Origin: Patescibacteria group bacterium
Lineage (GTDB): Bacteria; Patescibacteriota; Microgenomatia; UBA10105; UBA927
DNA length: 64,000 bases
Assembly (NCBI GenBank): GCA_035510735.1
Contig: DATKGN010000010.1
Span: forward strand, 27,814-91,813
Reading direction: 5' to 3'
Shown here one piece after another: positions 19,366 through 29,360 of this stretch (position 1 is its first letter; the number at the start of each line of letters is the position of its first letter). The notes under the pieces were generated by a model, which worked only from the letters and a program-made list of their open reading frames with translations, made no database searches and had not been told where the DNA came from. Position numbers and translations under genes: made by a program.

Positions 19366-20091
19366 ATGTTTACCTACGAACAAATATTTAAGGATAAACA
19401 CTCAGTTTTATTCGTAACTGCGCATCCTGACGATATTTTGGTTTATTATGCTGCTCTCGTTCATAAACTTCGAAAAGAAAATAAAAACGTATATGCCGTA
19501 ACGGTAACGAATGGCGCCCGGGGCAGTGGTGATAAAAACATATCGGAATCGGAACTTTCCCGTATGCGCATAAAAGAAGAAACTGCTGCCCTCAAGTTTT
19601 TGGGAGTCAATGCGGAAAATACGCTTTGCCTCGATTATAAAGACGGCGAGGTGGAAAGTAACTACAAGTTCATTGGTGAAATTTCAAAATATATTCGCAA
19701 ATTCAAAGCTGACATCGTCTGCACTCATGAGCCAACGGCAATCTATCAAGCGACGTATAAACGTGATGGATTTTTCGTCCAACATCGGGATCATCGAAAA
19801 GTAGCGGAAGCGGTGGTTGATGCCGTATATCCCTTCTCACGAGATCGATCATTCTTTCCCGAGCAAATAAAAGAAGGCATCGAACCGCATACGCTTTACG
19901 ACATCGTTATGACGGACGAAATCTCATGTAATTTTGAACTGGATTACACTGAAGATTTAGAGGTTAAAAAGGCAGCGATGCGTATTCATAAAAGCCAGTT
20001 TGATGAAGCATTTATCAACGATATTGTGGATACGGTACGAAATAATGATCGGTACGTGGAAAAATACTTCTATGTAAAACTATTATGGTAA
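19366..20091 (+). CDS. PIG-L family deacetylase
   Basis: AHPDD, TNGARG, HRDH and HKSQF. Confidence 0.9.
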   Translation: MFTYEQIFKDKHSVLFVTAHPDDILVYYAALVHKLRKENKNVYAVTVTNGARGSGDKNISESELSRMRIKEETAALKFLGVNAENTLCLDYKDGEVESNYKFIGEISKYIRKFKADIVCTHEPTAIYQATYKRDGFFVQHRDHRKVAEAVVDAVYPFSRDRSFFPEQIKEGIEPHTLYDIVMTDEISCNFELDYTEDLEVKKAAMRIHKSQFDEAFINDIVDTVRNNDRYVEKYFYVKLLW

Positions 20092-20804
20092 ACAAGCTCC
20101 GACCGACTGTTATTTGCCATATGATGATGACCATCGATGGGAAAATCACGAGTGGTGAACAAACAGATATTCTCAACAACTATTTTGACCTCTATACCAA
20201 AACGGAAGATATGCTCCCCGCTCATACAGCTTGGATGTGCGGACGTGTGACGATGCAAATGTTTGCGAGTACTAAAGATGTCTCCCTACCAACGCCATCA
20301 CATGCTATTGAGCCAATAGATTATATAGCCCCGCACGAGGGCAATCTGTTCATGTTCGGTGTGGACACTAAAGGCGTACTCCGTTGGGGTAAAAACTCAA
20401 TAAAACTCTCAAATGTTGCCGAGCCGCTCCATCTGGTAGTCATAGTGACCACATCAACTCCGAAAGAGTATCTCCAATATCTGCAAAATAATGGTATCTC
20501 GTATCTCGTAGCGGGTACTAATGAAATAGATTTCCTTAAACTTTTTACAACAATGAAGGAAAAATTCGGAGTTGAAACGCTTCTTCTTGAAGGTGGCGGT
20601 CTTCTCAATGGATCAGTAATGGCAGATAACCTCGTCGATGAAATTAGTATACTCGTCACACCTACAGTGACCAATCGAAGCAAAGCTCCATCAGTATTTG
20701 AACGAAAACAAGAAGAACCCCTAAACCTGCGACCCTACTCGCTCGTGGGTGTACAAAAACTAGATAAAGACACGGTTTGGTTGAGGTATAAAAAACATGA
20801 ATGA
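20085..20804 (+). CDS. RibD C-terminal/dihydrofolate reductase-like protein
   Basis: MTIDGKI, LLLEGGGLLNG, LVDEISI. Confidence 0.88.
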   Translation: MVNKLRPTVICHMMMTIDGKITSGEQTDILNNYFDLYTKTEDMLPAHTAWMCGRVTMQMFASTKDVSLPTPSHAIEPIDYIAPHEGNLFMFGVDTKGVLRWGKNSIKLSNVAEPLHLVVIVTTSTPKEYLQYLQNNGISYLVAGTNEIDFLKLFTTMKEKFGVETLLLEGGGLLNGSVMADNLVDEISILVTPTVTNRSKAPSVFERKQEEPLNLRPYSLVGVQKLDKDTVWLRYKKHE

Positions 20805-21081
20805 TAGCATTTATACACAAATACAAACAATTTCTGACGGTGGATTTGGCTCATGTGATGTATACACAATGAAGTCCGGCGGGATCGAGCGGAAACACTA
20901 CCATAACGGCATCGAAATCGTATATGTCATCAAAGGAAACTGTAAAACTCACAAGCAGGGACAAGTATACGTCTATCAAAAAGGTCAAATCCACGAAGTG
21001 ATTAATGACTCGAAAAATGAACTTGTTTTTGTTTGTTTAACAATCCCTCCGGAATCAAAAGAAAATACTATGTATATATAG
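20797..21081 (+). CDS. Cupin domain protein
   Basis: HYH..IEIVYVIKG...G.IHEVIN. Confidence 0.85.
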   Translation: MNDSIYTQIQTISDGGFGSCDVYTMKSGGIERKHYHNGIEIVYVIKGNCKTHKQGQVYVYQKGQIHEVINDSKNELVFVCLTIPPESKENTMYI

Positions 21082-21118
21082 AGCAACTATTATTTAATAA
21101 AACCATAAATTATCCTCC

Positions 21119-22003
21119 ATGTTTCAAATACTAAACTTTTTTGAACGAATGTATTGGAAAATATCACGAAAAATTGTGGGATTGACGAGCTACAAAGTCT
21201 ACCATGATGACCCACTTCATGAATTTCCCATCCTGCCATTTCCTAAGTTTGTCCGGTCAGTAAAAACCAAACTGAAACGAAACAACGGCACGTGGTTTCT
21301 TGACATGAAACTCGGAAATGAAAAGCGTATGACCTACGCATTTTTGGAAAAACCATTTGACCCCAAACAACCGACAATTATTTTTCATCACGGAGCCGGA
21401 ATGATCAATTATCGAAATTTATTATGGCTCTATTTCCTCCGCGGACCATTAACCAAATACAACCTTATTTCAATTAAAGCCCAGGAGCATGAATCCACGA
21501 TGACGTTTGCGAAAACCGGATTTAATACGCTTACTCACCAGCTGGCGACATTCGCGGGATCCGTTCTCATGGTCGAAGCGCTGGTGAAATGGCTGCGGGC
21601 AGAGCGATCAATGCCTGTGGTAATCGGCGCGTCCATGGGCGGGATTGTCGCTTCTTGGCATTGGTTATTATTTAATACGGCAGCGTTTTATTTTCCCATC
21701 ACCGCATATCCAAATGTGACGGAAATATTTTTAGGTGTCGGCTATGACGGCGCGACCGACCACCGATACGAAAGGCAATTATTATCAACATATGCGAATG
21801 CATTTCTTGCGCCTTGGAAGAATCCAAAATTATATAAAGACAAGGTGTTTCCCATTCTCGGAAAAAATGACACGATTGTCCCCTATCAACACGCACGCGA
21901 ATTCTGGAAGGGATATGATGTACTCACCTTCCCGAATGGCCACATGACAACGGCGCTTCATTATAATAAGATAACCACACACATCGCATCAAAGCTGCCG
22001 TAG
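21119..22003 (+). CDS. Alpha/beta hydrolase fold protein
   Basis: HHG, GASMGG, GKNDTIVP and GH. Confidence 0.8.
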   Translation: MFQILNFFERMYWKISRKIVGLTSYKVYHDDPLHEFPILPFPKFVRSVKTKLKRNNGTWFLDMKLGNEKRMTYAFLEKPFDPKQPTIIFHHGAGMINYRNLLWLYFLRGPLTKYNLISIKAQEHESTMTFAKTGFNTLTHQLATFAGSVLMVEALVKWLRAERSMPVVIGASMGGIVASWHWLLFNTAAFYFPITAYPNVTEIFLGVGYDGATDHRYERQLLSTYANAFLAPWKNPKLYKDKVFPILGKNDTIVPYQHAREFWKGYDVLTFPNGHMTTALHYNKITTHIASKLP

Positions 22004-22025
22004 AATCAAAAAGTATATTATCCCG

Positions 22026-23129
22026 TTATAGAACTGATAGGAGTATGAGTTGTACCCAATGAACGACACCGAGGGGCTGGACACAGGCAAAAATAACCCA
22101 CGCAATAAACGCCGCATTGCGCCTTTGGTCGCGCTTTTTTGAAATCCCGTAAAATATGGAAAGTGTCCATCCGATGAATAGTAAAAGACCGATACTCCCC
22201 GACCAGAGTGCAACGTCAAGAAATACGTTATGCGACCGGTCGATCATGAAATTCACAAGATTCACGTGCTCTAGTTTCATCGCATTATCGTAAATCACCT
22301 CTTCTGTTTCGGCGCCGTATCCGAGTATCGGCCGCTTGAGAAATTCCCCAAGTCCGACGCGCCAATAAAGAAGACGATTCTCGTAAATAGACGGGGGGCG
22401 GGACAATGTAATGGAGCGATATTGCATTAAACCTGCGATTGCGATCGCCACAAATATCAAAATCATGCCAACAACAACGAGGGTGTGTTTCCTCTTTTCC
22501 ATAAGTGACCGGACACCGAATCCGAGCATTACGATCACGGCACAAATGAGTGCGCTCCGCGATTCCGTTGCTACAATTGCAGCTCCGCTAATGATATAAA
22601 AAATAATCCGCATCCAATTGGGTATTCGCGGCCACAGAAGTATCCACAATAATCCGACCGCTAGATAGCCGCCGAGTGCATTGGGTTCTCCGAATGTGCC
22701 AAGCGGCCGCACGGACCACGCAAGGATTTTTTGCTCTAAGGTAAGTACGCTTTCGATAAGTACCCCGAAACCGAGAAGCGACAATACATATTCACGGTGT
22801 TTCAATGAGAACTGTCGTACGGTTTCGAGAATTAACAGTAAGGTAAAGAAAAATAATATTCCCTGATGCCGGTAGCTGCCGCCGATGAACGAATCAATCG
22901 GGTGAATACCGATAAGACTTGCAATGCCCAAAATTCCAATCCACCCCAATAACCACTCACCCGTTTGGCTTAACCGGAGCGGGTGCAAACGGATGAGCCG
23001 TATGAACCAATACAGTGTCAGGAAAAATCCTCCGATCCACAGCCACACAACTTTTGTGCCCTCGAACGCGCCGTAAAGCATGACGAACGGCATACATGCA
23101 ATCCAGTAGGTAAGTAGCAGTGTAAGCAT
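22026..23129 (-). CDS. O-antigen ligase family membrane protein
   Basis: GTFGEPNALGGYL, TESRSA, RPILGYG and SHNVFLD. Confidence 0.85.
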   Translation of the reverse strand: MLTLLLTYWIACMPFVMLYGAFEGTKVVWLWIGGFFLTLYWFIRLIRLHPLRLSQTGEWLLGWIGILGIASLIGIHPIDSFIGGSYRHQGILFFFTLLLILETVRQFSLKHREYVLSLLGFGVLIESVLTLEQKILAWSVRPLGTFGEPNALGGYLAVGLLWILLWPRIPNWMRIIFYIISGAAIVATESRSALICAVIVMLGFGVRSLMEKRKHTLVVVGMILIFVAIAIAGLMQYRSITLSRPPSIYENRLLYWRVGLGEFLKRPILGYGAETEEVIYDNAMKLEHVNLVNFMIDRSHNVFLDVALWSGSIGLLLFIGWTLSIFYGISKKRDQRRNAAFIAWVIFACVQPLGVVHWVQLILLSVL

Positions 23130-23261
23130 CTACTAAAAGTATACGGACTTTCGGATATTCCTGCTACCCATAAATAAGTAAAGTTAAATATATATATATT
23201 TGTAATCTATATTACTTTATTAGTTATTGACGACTCATACACATGACGATACGATGATAGT

Positions 23262-26200
23262 GTGAATTTATATCAATCGAGAACGCATTTTGTCATGACT
23301 CAGCGGAATTATCTTCTGCGCGTTTTTATCGGCCTTGTTCTCCTTTTCCTCTTGCCGTTATTTATTTGGGCCGTATTGACACAGCGGATTGAGCTTCGTA
23401 AACGGGCTGCTTCTGCCGAACCGGTCACATGTTGGGGTCGGGCTTTCGAACAAAATAATACTCCTTATTGGCCTGACCGATGCGGCGCCGGCGGAGCAAA
23501 CGCAAGTTCAAGCGCCTGTGCACAAGTGACAACGCCGTTATCAATCGTTGAAATGTCCGGATACAAAAAATGGAAAACGGAAGGAAGAAAACCAATCTAC
23601 GGTTGTGTTGCCCCAATTAACTGGCAAACACAATACGCTTCCCTTCAGGCGAGTGACATATTGGTCGTAGCAAACGATAGCTCATTCACAGCAAATTACG
23701 CAACCGATCTCGTGCTACATTCAAATCCACCCGATACAGATCCCAACTACATGACGCTTGAGTCAACGTGGACGCAAAACGGGTTCAATATGGGATTGAA
23801 TATGTATTTTACGGCAGAGACGGCAACCCCAGCCGGGATACTCGGGATATTCGGAACCCCGTCCCGAAAGTGGCGCGTCACGGAAATCAGAACGTCTGAC
23901 AGCCAAGTCGGCAGCGGTTGGATTTATTATAAAAATCCGAACATCCCCGCGATGAATATAGGGAAACCATTCACAGGAACTATTGATTTGACGTCAACGG
24001 ATGGCGGCACCGGAGAGATACGATTTACGAACCTTCGTCTCCAGGCATTCTTAAACGAAACTCCTCCTAATCCAAGTCACACGCCTAAACCGATACCAGC
24101 ATCTTCAGAATGCGGCCCCTGCGGTTCTGGTTGCCCTTCGGGTCTGGTTTGCCAAACTATGCCGACGCCTACGCCGTTTTGCCCAAATGGCTCCAACGGA
24201 CCCTGTAGCACGATAGTCGTTAGCCCCTATCAGGCATGTGTGAAACCGGACGGCTCAAGCCTGTGTCCCGTACAACGTGATGCTATGTGTTTCGGGCAAC
24301 CCAACGGAAAACAATGTAACGGCGCGTGTACCGATTCGATGCCAACGCATTGTTCTACCGGCGTCTGTCAAAACAACCAGTGTGTCTTTGACTCGACCCC
24401 CACGCCGACGCCCGTAGCATGTCTTGACGTCACAAGAGCGCTCGCGAGCGTTGCTCCCCTGAAAGCTGGCTCGAGTATTGGCTTAAATTGGGGCGGCCTC
24501 AATGAAAAATGGTTCCAGGATAAAAATAATCAGTGGTATTATATTTACGCAGATCCGAGCGGCGTACCGCCGCTCTATGTTGTTTGGCTTTGGAACGGGG
24601 CCACGGGACTTCAGCAAAATGGTTATAATGTCCGAGGAGATGCCCCAATAACGCCTTCAACAAAAAGCTGTTACGACGCCATAACGCCGGACTATGTTTT
24701 CCCATCAATTGCACATAGCTCGTGTGCGGGCCCAAATGGCTCAACATGTCAATACGACGATTGCAATACATGTACTACAGTTCCTAACGGAAAAGTTCAT
24801 TGCACATTAGAGAAGGCATGCATGAAAACGGGCATCTGTACGAACAATCTCTGCCAACCACCCCCTGCCCCGACTCCAACGCCGCACAATTACTGTGCCG
24901 GTGCGAACGGCTCAACCTGCCAATACGACGCCAGCAATACGTGTACTACAGCTCCTAACGGAAAAGTTGCTTGCACATTAGTGAAGGCACGTATGAAAAC
25001 GGGCATCTGTACGAACAATCTCTGCCAATCTGCGCCAAGCCCGACTCCAACGCCGCACAATTACTGTGCGGGCGCAAACGGCACGGCTTGTCCGTATACA
25101 CCGTGTACTCCCTGTAACGGCACAAATTGTACAAACATCTGGTGCCCTGCCACTCCCGGAATGTGTACAAATAATCAATGCCAGCCACCGCCTCAAGCGG
25201 GATGTTATTATCAGACAATGGAATGTTTTGCGGCGCCGTGCCCGGTTACGCTCGTGTGTCCGACGCCTACGCCGACACCCGCCTGTGTCAGAAACAACCC
25301 GACTATAACTATTAATCCATCAAATCAATCCGGCCACCCGGGCGATAATCTATTTTATAAAATATTATTTACCGATACAGACAGCCGTGAATGTGCCCCA
25401 TCTGAATTTTCCATAACTGCACAGCCGGGCACGGGTCTGACATCCTTATTAACATTTACAACCTTACCTAATGTGTATCCCCAAAATACTCCCGGTGATG
25501 GCATGAATGTGACGTCTGCCACGTCAGGTTTTTCATCACCCACAACGGTTCCGATTATTGTCACCGTAACTAATAACAATTCAGGATTGTATACACAGCT
25601 CAATACAACAACATACACCATCGTACCAACGCCGACTCCAACGCCTACTCCGACACCCTCACCCACACCGACGCCGACAGTTACGCCGACGCCGACCAAT
25701 AGCCCGACGCCGACGCCGACGCCCACGCCGACGCCGCAGAATTTGGAATTCCTGGTGAAGCTCGCCGGCGTTACCGGTGGAGCAGCTGAAGGCGCAAAGA
25801 TAACCGTTAAATTTAATGTGCAGGGCGGATCGACGCTCCAATTATCATCACCCCTCACGCTTACTCATATCGGCAACGGTGTGTATAGAACAACAGCTAC
25901 GATCACAAATCCATTCCCAGCAGGCACAAACTATACTATTTCCATCAAAGGTGAAAAGCACGCGGCAATTGTATTCACTCATCAATCGAGCCAGACGAAT
26001 GAATGTTCCGACGGGCAATATATTACGATGCCGAACCCCGTGCCAAGCGGATTGACATTTGACTTTACCGGTGTACCACTCCCTGCGGGAGACACAAATC
26101 CTCAGGATAATCAGGTTAATCAAACTGATATCGACCGCGTCGTAGCGCTCATGGGGAAATCAAGTAGTAGTCTGACGGATAACGATAAACTCGTCGGCGA

Positions 26201-26282
26201 TCTCAATTATGACGGAGTCATTAATATCAATGATTTATTCCTGATGTATAAAACATTACAGACACGCTGCGATGCAAATTAA
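23262..26282 (+). CDS. Large Cys-rich, PT-rich surface protein with C-terminal dockerin-like domain
   Basis: N-terminal TM then RKRAA; Cys-rich repeats; GDTNPQDNQVNQTD and GDLNYDGVININD duplicated Ca-loop motifs. Confidence 0.8.
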   Translation: MNLYQSRTHFVMTQRNYLLRVFIGLVLLFLLPLFIWAVLTQRIELRKRAASAEPVTCWGRAFEQNNTPYWPDRCGAGGANASSSACAQVTTPLSIVEMSGYKKWKTEGRKPIYGCVAPINWQTQYASLQASDILVVANDSSFTANYATDLVLHSNPPDTDPNYMTLESTWTQNGFNMGLNMYFTAETATPAGILGIFGTPSRKWRVTEIRTSDSQVGSGWIYYKNPNIPAMNIGKPFTGTIDLTSTDGGTGEIRFTNLRLQAFLNETPPNPSHTPKPIPASSECGPCGSGCPSGLVCQTMPTPTPFCPNGSNGPCSTIVVSPYQACVKPDGSSLCPVQRDAMCFGQPNGKQCNGACTDSMPTHCSTGVCQNNQCVFDSTPTPTPVACLDVTRALASVAPLKAGSSIGLNWGGLNEKWFQDKNNQWYYIYADPSGVPPLYVVWLWNGATGLQQNGYNVRGDAPITPSTKSCYDAITPDYVFPSIAHSSCAGPNGSTCQYDDCNTCTTVPNGKVHCTLEKACMKTGICTNNLCQPPPAPTPTPHNYCAGANGSTCQYDASNTCTTAPNGKVACTLVKARMKTGICTNNLCQSAPSPTPTPHNYCAGANGTACPYTPCTPCNGTNCTNIWCPATPGMCTNNQCQPPPQAGCYYQTMECFAAPCPVTLVCPTPTPTPACVRNNPTITINPSNQSGHPGDNLFYKILFTDTDSRECAPSEFSITAQPGTGLTSLLTFTTLPNVYPQNTPGDGMNVTSATSGFSSPTTVPIIVTVTNNNSGLYTQLNTTTYTIVPTPTPTPTPTPSPTPTPTVTPTPTNSPTPTPTPTPTPQNLEFLVKLAGVTGGAAEGAKITVKFNVQGGSTLQLSSPLTLTHIGNGVYRTTATITNPFPAGTNYTISIKGEKHAAIVFTHQSSQTNECSDGQYITMPNPVPSGLTFDFTGVPLPAGDTNPQDNQVNQTDIDRVVALMGKSSSSLTDNDKLVGDLNYDGVININDLFLMYKTLQTRCDAN
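24723..25070 (+). repeat. Tandem 171-nt (57-aa) intragenic repeat, two full copies plus a partial third
   Basis: CAGxNGSTCQYD...MKTGICTNNLCQ...PTPTPHNY repeated. Confidence 0.85.
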
Positions 26283-27468
26283 ACTGCCGACATCTGTTCT
26301 CGCATTAATCCTCGCCATCCTGGCGTTTAGTTTCCCTGTGGCGAAAGCCTATGCAGCACCGAATCTGCAATTTGATCAGACATCCGTCACTGCCGCCCAA
26401 AATGCAACGTTCCAGTTAAATATAACTATCAATGTTGATACAAATACGGTGATGGGAAGTGATGCGGTCGTCAACTACGCGGCCGCTGACTTACAGGTCA
26501 CGGATGTTTCAAGCGGGGGATTTTTTCCCCAATTTACAAAAGCAACAGATACTGCAGGTAAAATAGAAATTCACGGCTTTACCGGACAAAACGACAGCAG
26601 AACCGGCACCGGAACGTTCGCAACTATCACGTTTAAAGCGTTAAAAAACAGTGGCAGCAGTAATATCTCCTACACATGCACCGGTTCAGGAACGGACACT
26701 GATATCATTACTACAACAGGGCAAAATATCCTCGTTTGCACACAACTTAATAACGCAGGCATTAGTTACGCCTCAAGCGGAACGAGCTCGCCTACACCTA
26801 CGGCAACGACAGCGCCCGGGGTCACTGCGACGCCTACGCCAACCACCGCGCCATCAACGGGCGGCAATACGATCCCAACCTGTTCAGGACTAACGGCCAA
26901 CGTTACATCATCCGTCGGAACTCCACTGGCCGTAACGTTCACTTGCAGCGGAACTGATCCGGACGGCTATATGAACGGTGCACTCTTTACGTTCGGTGAC
27001 GGTACAAATCAGACAATAACGAAAAATGTCGGTAGTCCGGGCTCGATAGCAACCACGCACACCTATACAACCATCGGCGCACTCGGCGCCTCCTGTATCG
27101 TTCAGGATAATAATAATGCATGGTCAAACAGCGTAAGCGCGTGTACATCAGTTATTACCATTCAACCAACTCCATCGCCGACACCGCGGCAATCGATAGC
27201 CTATATCAGTGGCTACACAACTGGTCAGATAACCCCGACGCCTACTCCCGTTATCGTTTCAATTATTTCGGAGACTCCGGAGCCTACGTTTGAACTTACC
27301 CCAACGCCGACACCGGTATCTGAAGGAGAATCTAATGGCTCTGGTCGGCTGTGGTGGATAATTGGCGGAGTCATCGCAGTAGTCGTTGCGCTCATCCTCA
27401 TCCTGAGGCGCAAAAATCCCCCACCGAAAATTCCCCTAGCGAATGAAATCCCTATTGCCGAAGGATAG
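26272..27468 (+). CDS. Cohesin-like plus PKD-like surface protein with C-terminal TM anchor
   Basis: Signal peptide; TFQLNITIN...G.DAVVNY....LQV...GTGTFATITFKA; FTFGDG...THTYTT; TM then RRK. Confidence 0.78.
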   Translation: MQIKLPTSVLALILAILAFSFPVAKAYAAPNLQFDQTSVTAAQNATFQLNITINVDTNTVMGSDAVVNYAAADLQVTDVSSGGFFPQFTKATDTAGKIEIHGFTGQNDSRTGTGTFATITFKALKNSGSSNISYTCTGSGTDTDIITTTGQNILVCTQLNNAGISYASSGTSSPTPTATTAPGVTATPTPTTAPSTGGNTIPTCSGLTANVTSSVGTPLAVTFTCSGTDPDGYMNGALFTFGDGTNQTITKNVGSPGSIATTHTYTTIGALGASCIVQDNNNAWSNSVSACTSVITIQPTPSPTPRQSIAYISGYTTGQITPTPTPVIVSIISETPEPTFELTPTPTPVSEGESNGSGRLWWIIGGVIAVVVALILILRRKNPPPKIPLANEIPIAEG

Positions 27469-27832
27469 AACGGACACTCCTAACATCCTCTTCCATCTGA
27501 CGTGTGAGTGCGTCAACGGACGGAAATTTTATGATATCACGAAGCTTTCTCATCGGTTCGACCAATATCTGCGTCATATCGCTCATTGATAAATCCATCC
27601 CATCCAAACCTAATAAAAAAACTTCAAGATTGCGGCTGGCGTCATCAAACGTCGGTATCGGACCCCAGTGCATGGCTCCCCGAAATTTCGTACCGCTTAT
27701 CGTGACCCATGCAGCGTAGACACCTTCCGCAAGATCAAACCCCTCTGGAATTGCCATATTGACGGTAGGGTATCCCAAAAATCTTCCTCTTCCTTTTCCC
27801 TTTATTTGTTTCGTTACGAAATGCGTGGTCAC
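27452..27832 (-). CDS. Stand-alone riboflavin kinase (RibF C-terminal domain only)
   Basis: G.GRGR.LGYPTVN, GVYA, PTF, LEV.LL, LR...KF.S...L..Q...D. Confidence 0.9.
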   Translation of the reverse strand: MTTHFVTKQIKGKGRGRFLGYPTVNMAIPEGFDLAEGVYAAWVTISGTKFRGAMHWGPIPTFDDASRNLEVFLLGLDGMDLSMSDMTQILVEPMRKLRDIIKFPSVDALTRQMEEDVRSVRSILRQ

Positions 27833-27838
27833 AGTAGG

Positions 27839-28405
27839 TTATTGGATAATTTCGTCAATAGGAGGACCGACTACCATGGATTTTTTACTTCTCCCCAACC
27901 GCTTCCAGTTCGGATTGACGTGCCCCAGAATAAGGACATCTTCAAAAATATCGTACGCATAATGCGTGAGCATCGCACCAAACAGAATGACCCAAAAACG
28001 CGAATCATACATATACGCAATCACGCACCCGGTGAATAATAATGCAACAACATAATAGTTATGAAACGTAAGATTGGTATTATATTTATGTCCCCTTGCT
28101 ATGAATTTGACAAGAATCCGCCATTCCTTATTCTTCAAAAAGGTAAATATCGCTTTTGTGTACGGATCGCGTTTGCCGTAGGTTAACCAGTATACAAAAT
28201 GGTCAGCGTCAGGAAGAAGACTGCCGAATATCGCCGTCCAAATCCATTTAACATTAAACTCCTGCCACTGTTCGCGCATCACCCACGCCCACATGAGCCC
28301 GAGAAGAACATGATAAAACTCATGTCGTGCCTGCCAGAGAATAAAACCCATTCCGCGGATGCGGGCAACACTCCGTCTGAGACGTGTCGGTTTCTTCGCT
28401 TTCAT
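27839..28405 (-). CDS. Membrane metal-dependent hydrolase (YdjM-like)
   Basis: H.LLG, GSLLPDADH, FH and HY..D. Confidence 0.75.
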   Translation of the reverse strand: MKAKKPTRLRRSVARIRGMGFILWQARHEFYHVLLGLMWAWVMREQWQEFNVKWIWTAIFGSLLPDADHFVYWLTYGKRDPYTKAIFTFLKNKEWRILVKFIARGHKYNTNLTFHNYYVVALLFTGCVIAYMYDSRFWVILFGAMLTHYAYDIFEDVLILGHVNPNWKRLGRSKKSMVVGPPIDEIIQ

Positions 28406-29287
28406 TTAAATCTTCAAAGTCTTCAAGTACGCACGAAATTCACCGTTTACTTCTTTATGCGTGAGAGCAAATTCAACAACGGTCTTCAAATATTCAAGTT
28501 TATTGCCGGTATCATAATACTTTGCGTCCGCCACTTCACACGCGTAAATAGGCCGTGTCTTCATAAGTTCCTTTATAGCATCCGTAAGCCATATTTCACC
28601 GCTTCTCCCCGGTCGCACCTCTTCTAATATAGGGAAAATATCAGGGGTCAACACATAGCATCCGTGCGCTGCAAGATTTGACGGCGCTTCGTCCGGAGAC
28701 GGTTTCTCCAGCAATTTTTTTATCTGCCAGATATTTTTCTCGACATTGGTCGCTTCAACAATGCCGTAGCGGGAAACGTCTTCCTTTGGCACACGGACGG
28801 CGGAGATGACGGGATCACCGTATTTCTCAAAAACCCTGATGCATTGAAGGGCTCTCGGTGGCTTCGCATAGATAAATTCATCTCCCCAGATAGCGACAAA
28901 CGGTTCGTCCCCGATAACGTTTTTCGCACATAAAACCGGCGTTCCGTTACCGTACGGGCCCTTTTGGCGGATATAGATGAAATTAGCAAGCGATGCGGTC
29001 CGCTTCACCTCATCCAACAGATCATACTTGTTTTGCTGTTCAAGCGTTTTAATAAGCTCATACGGATAGTCAAAATGATCCTCAATCGCCCGTTTATGCC
29101 AACCGGTGACGATAACAATATCGGTAATCCCCGAGGCCACAAGCTCCTCAACGACATATTGAATAACGGGTTTATCGACGATGGGGAGCATCTCCTTAGG
29201 CATCGCTTTGGTCTGAGGCAAAAATCTGGTACCAAAACCGGCCGCCGGTATGACTGCTTTTCGGACTTTAGTGGTTCGTTTTACCAT
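28406..29287 (-). CDS. galU: UTP--glucose-1-phosphate uridylyltransferase
   Basis: KAVIPAAGFGTRFLPQTKAMPKEMLPIVDKP, EKP, GEIWLTDAI. Confidence 0.96.
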   Translation of the reverse strand: MVKRTTKVRKAVIPAAGFGTRFLPQTKAMPKEMLPIVDKPVIQYVVEELVASGITDIVIVTGWHKRAIEDHFDYPYELIKTLEQQNKYDLLDEVKRTASLANFIYIRQKGPYGNGTPVLCAKNVIGDEPFVAIWGDEFIYAKPPRALQCIRVFEKYGDPVISAVRVPKEDVSRYGIVEATNVEKNIWQIKKLLEKPSPDEAPSNLAAHGCYVLTPDIFPILEEVRPGRSGEIWLTDAIKELMKTRPIYACEVADAKYYDTGNKLEYLKTVVEFALTHKEVNGEFRAYLKTLKI

Positions 29288-29360
29288 ATGAATTCAAGGC
29301 AGATGTCACAATTGTATTGCGCTTCCTTCCCTTTTGTCAATTTGTTATCATACAAATAGC

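Noticed and set aside
25620-25740. ACGCCG-type tandem repeat as a separate DNA element
   Set aside because: It encodes a Pro-Thr linker, as in several other surface proteins here.
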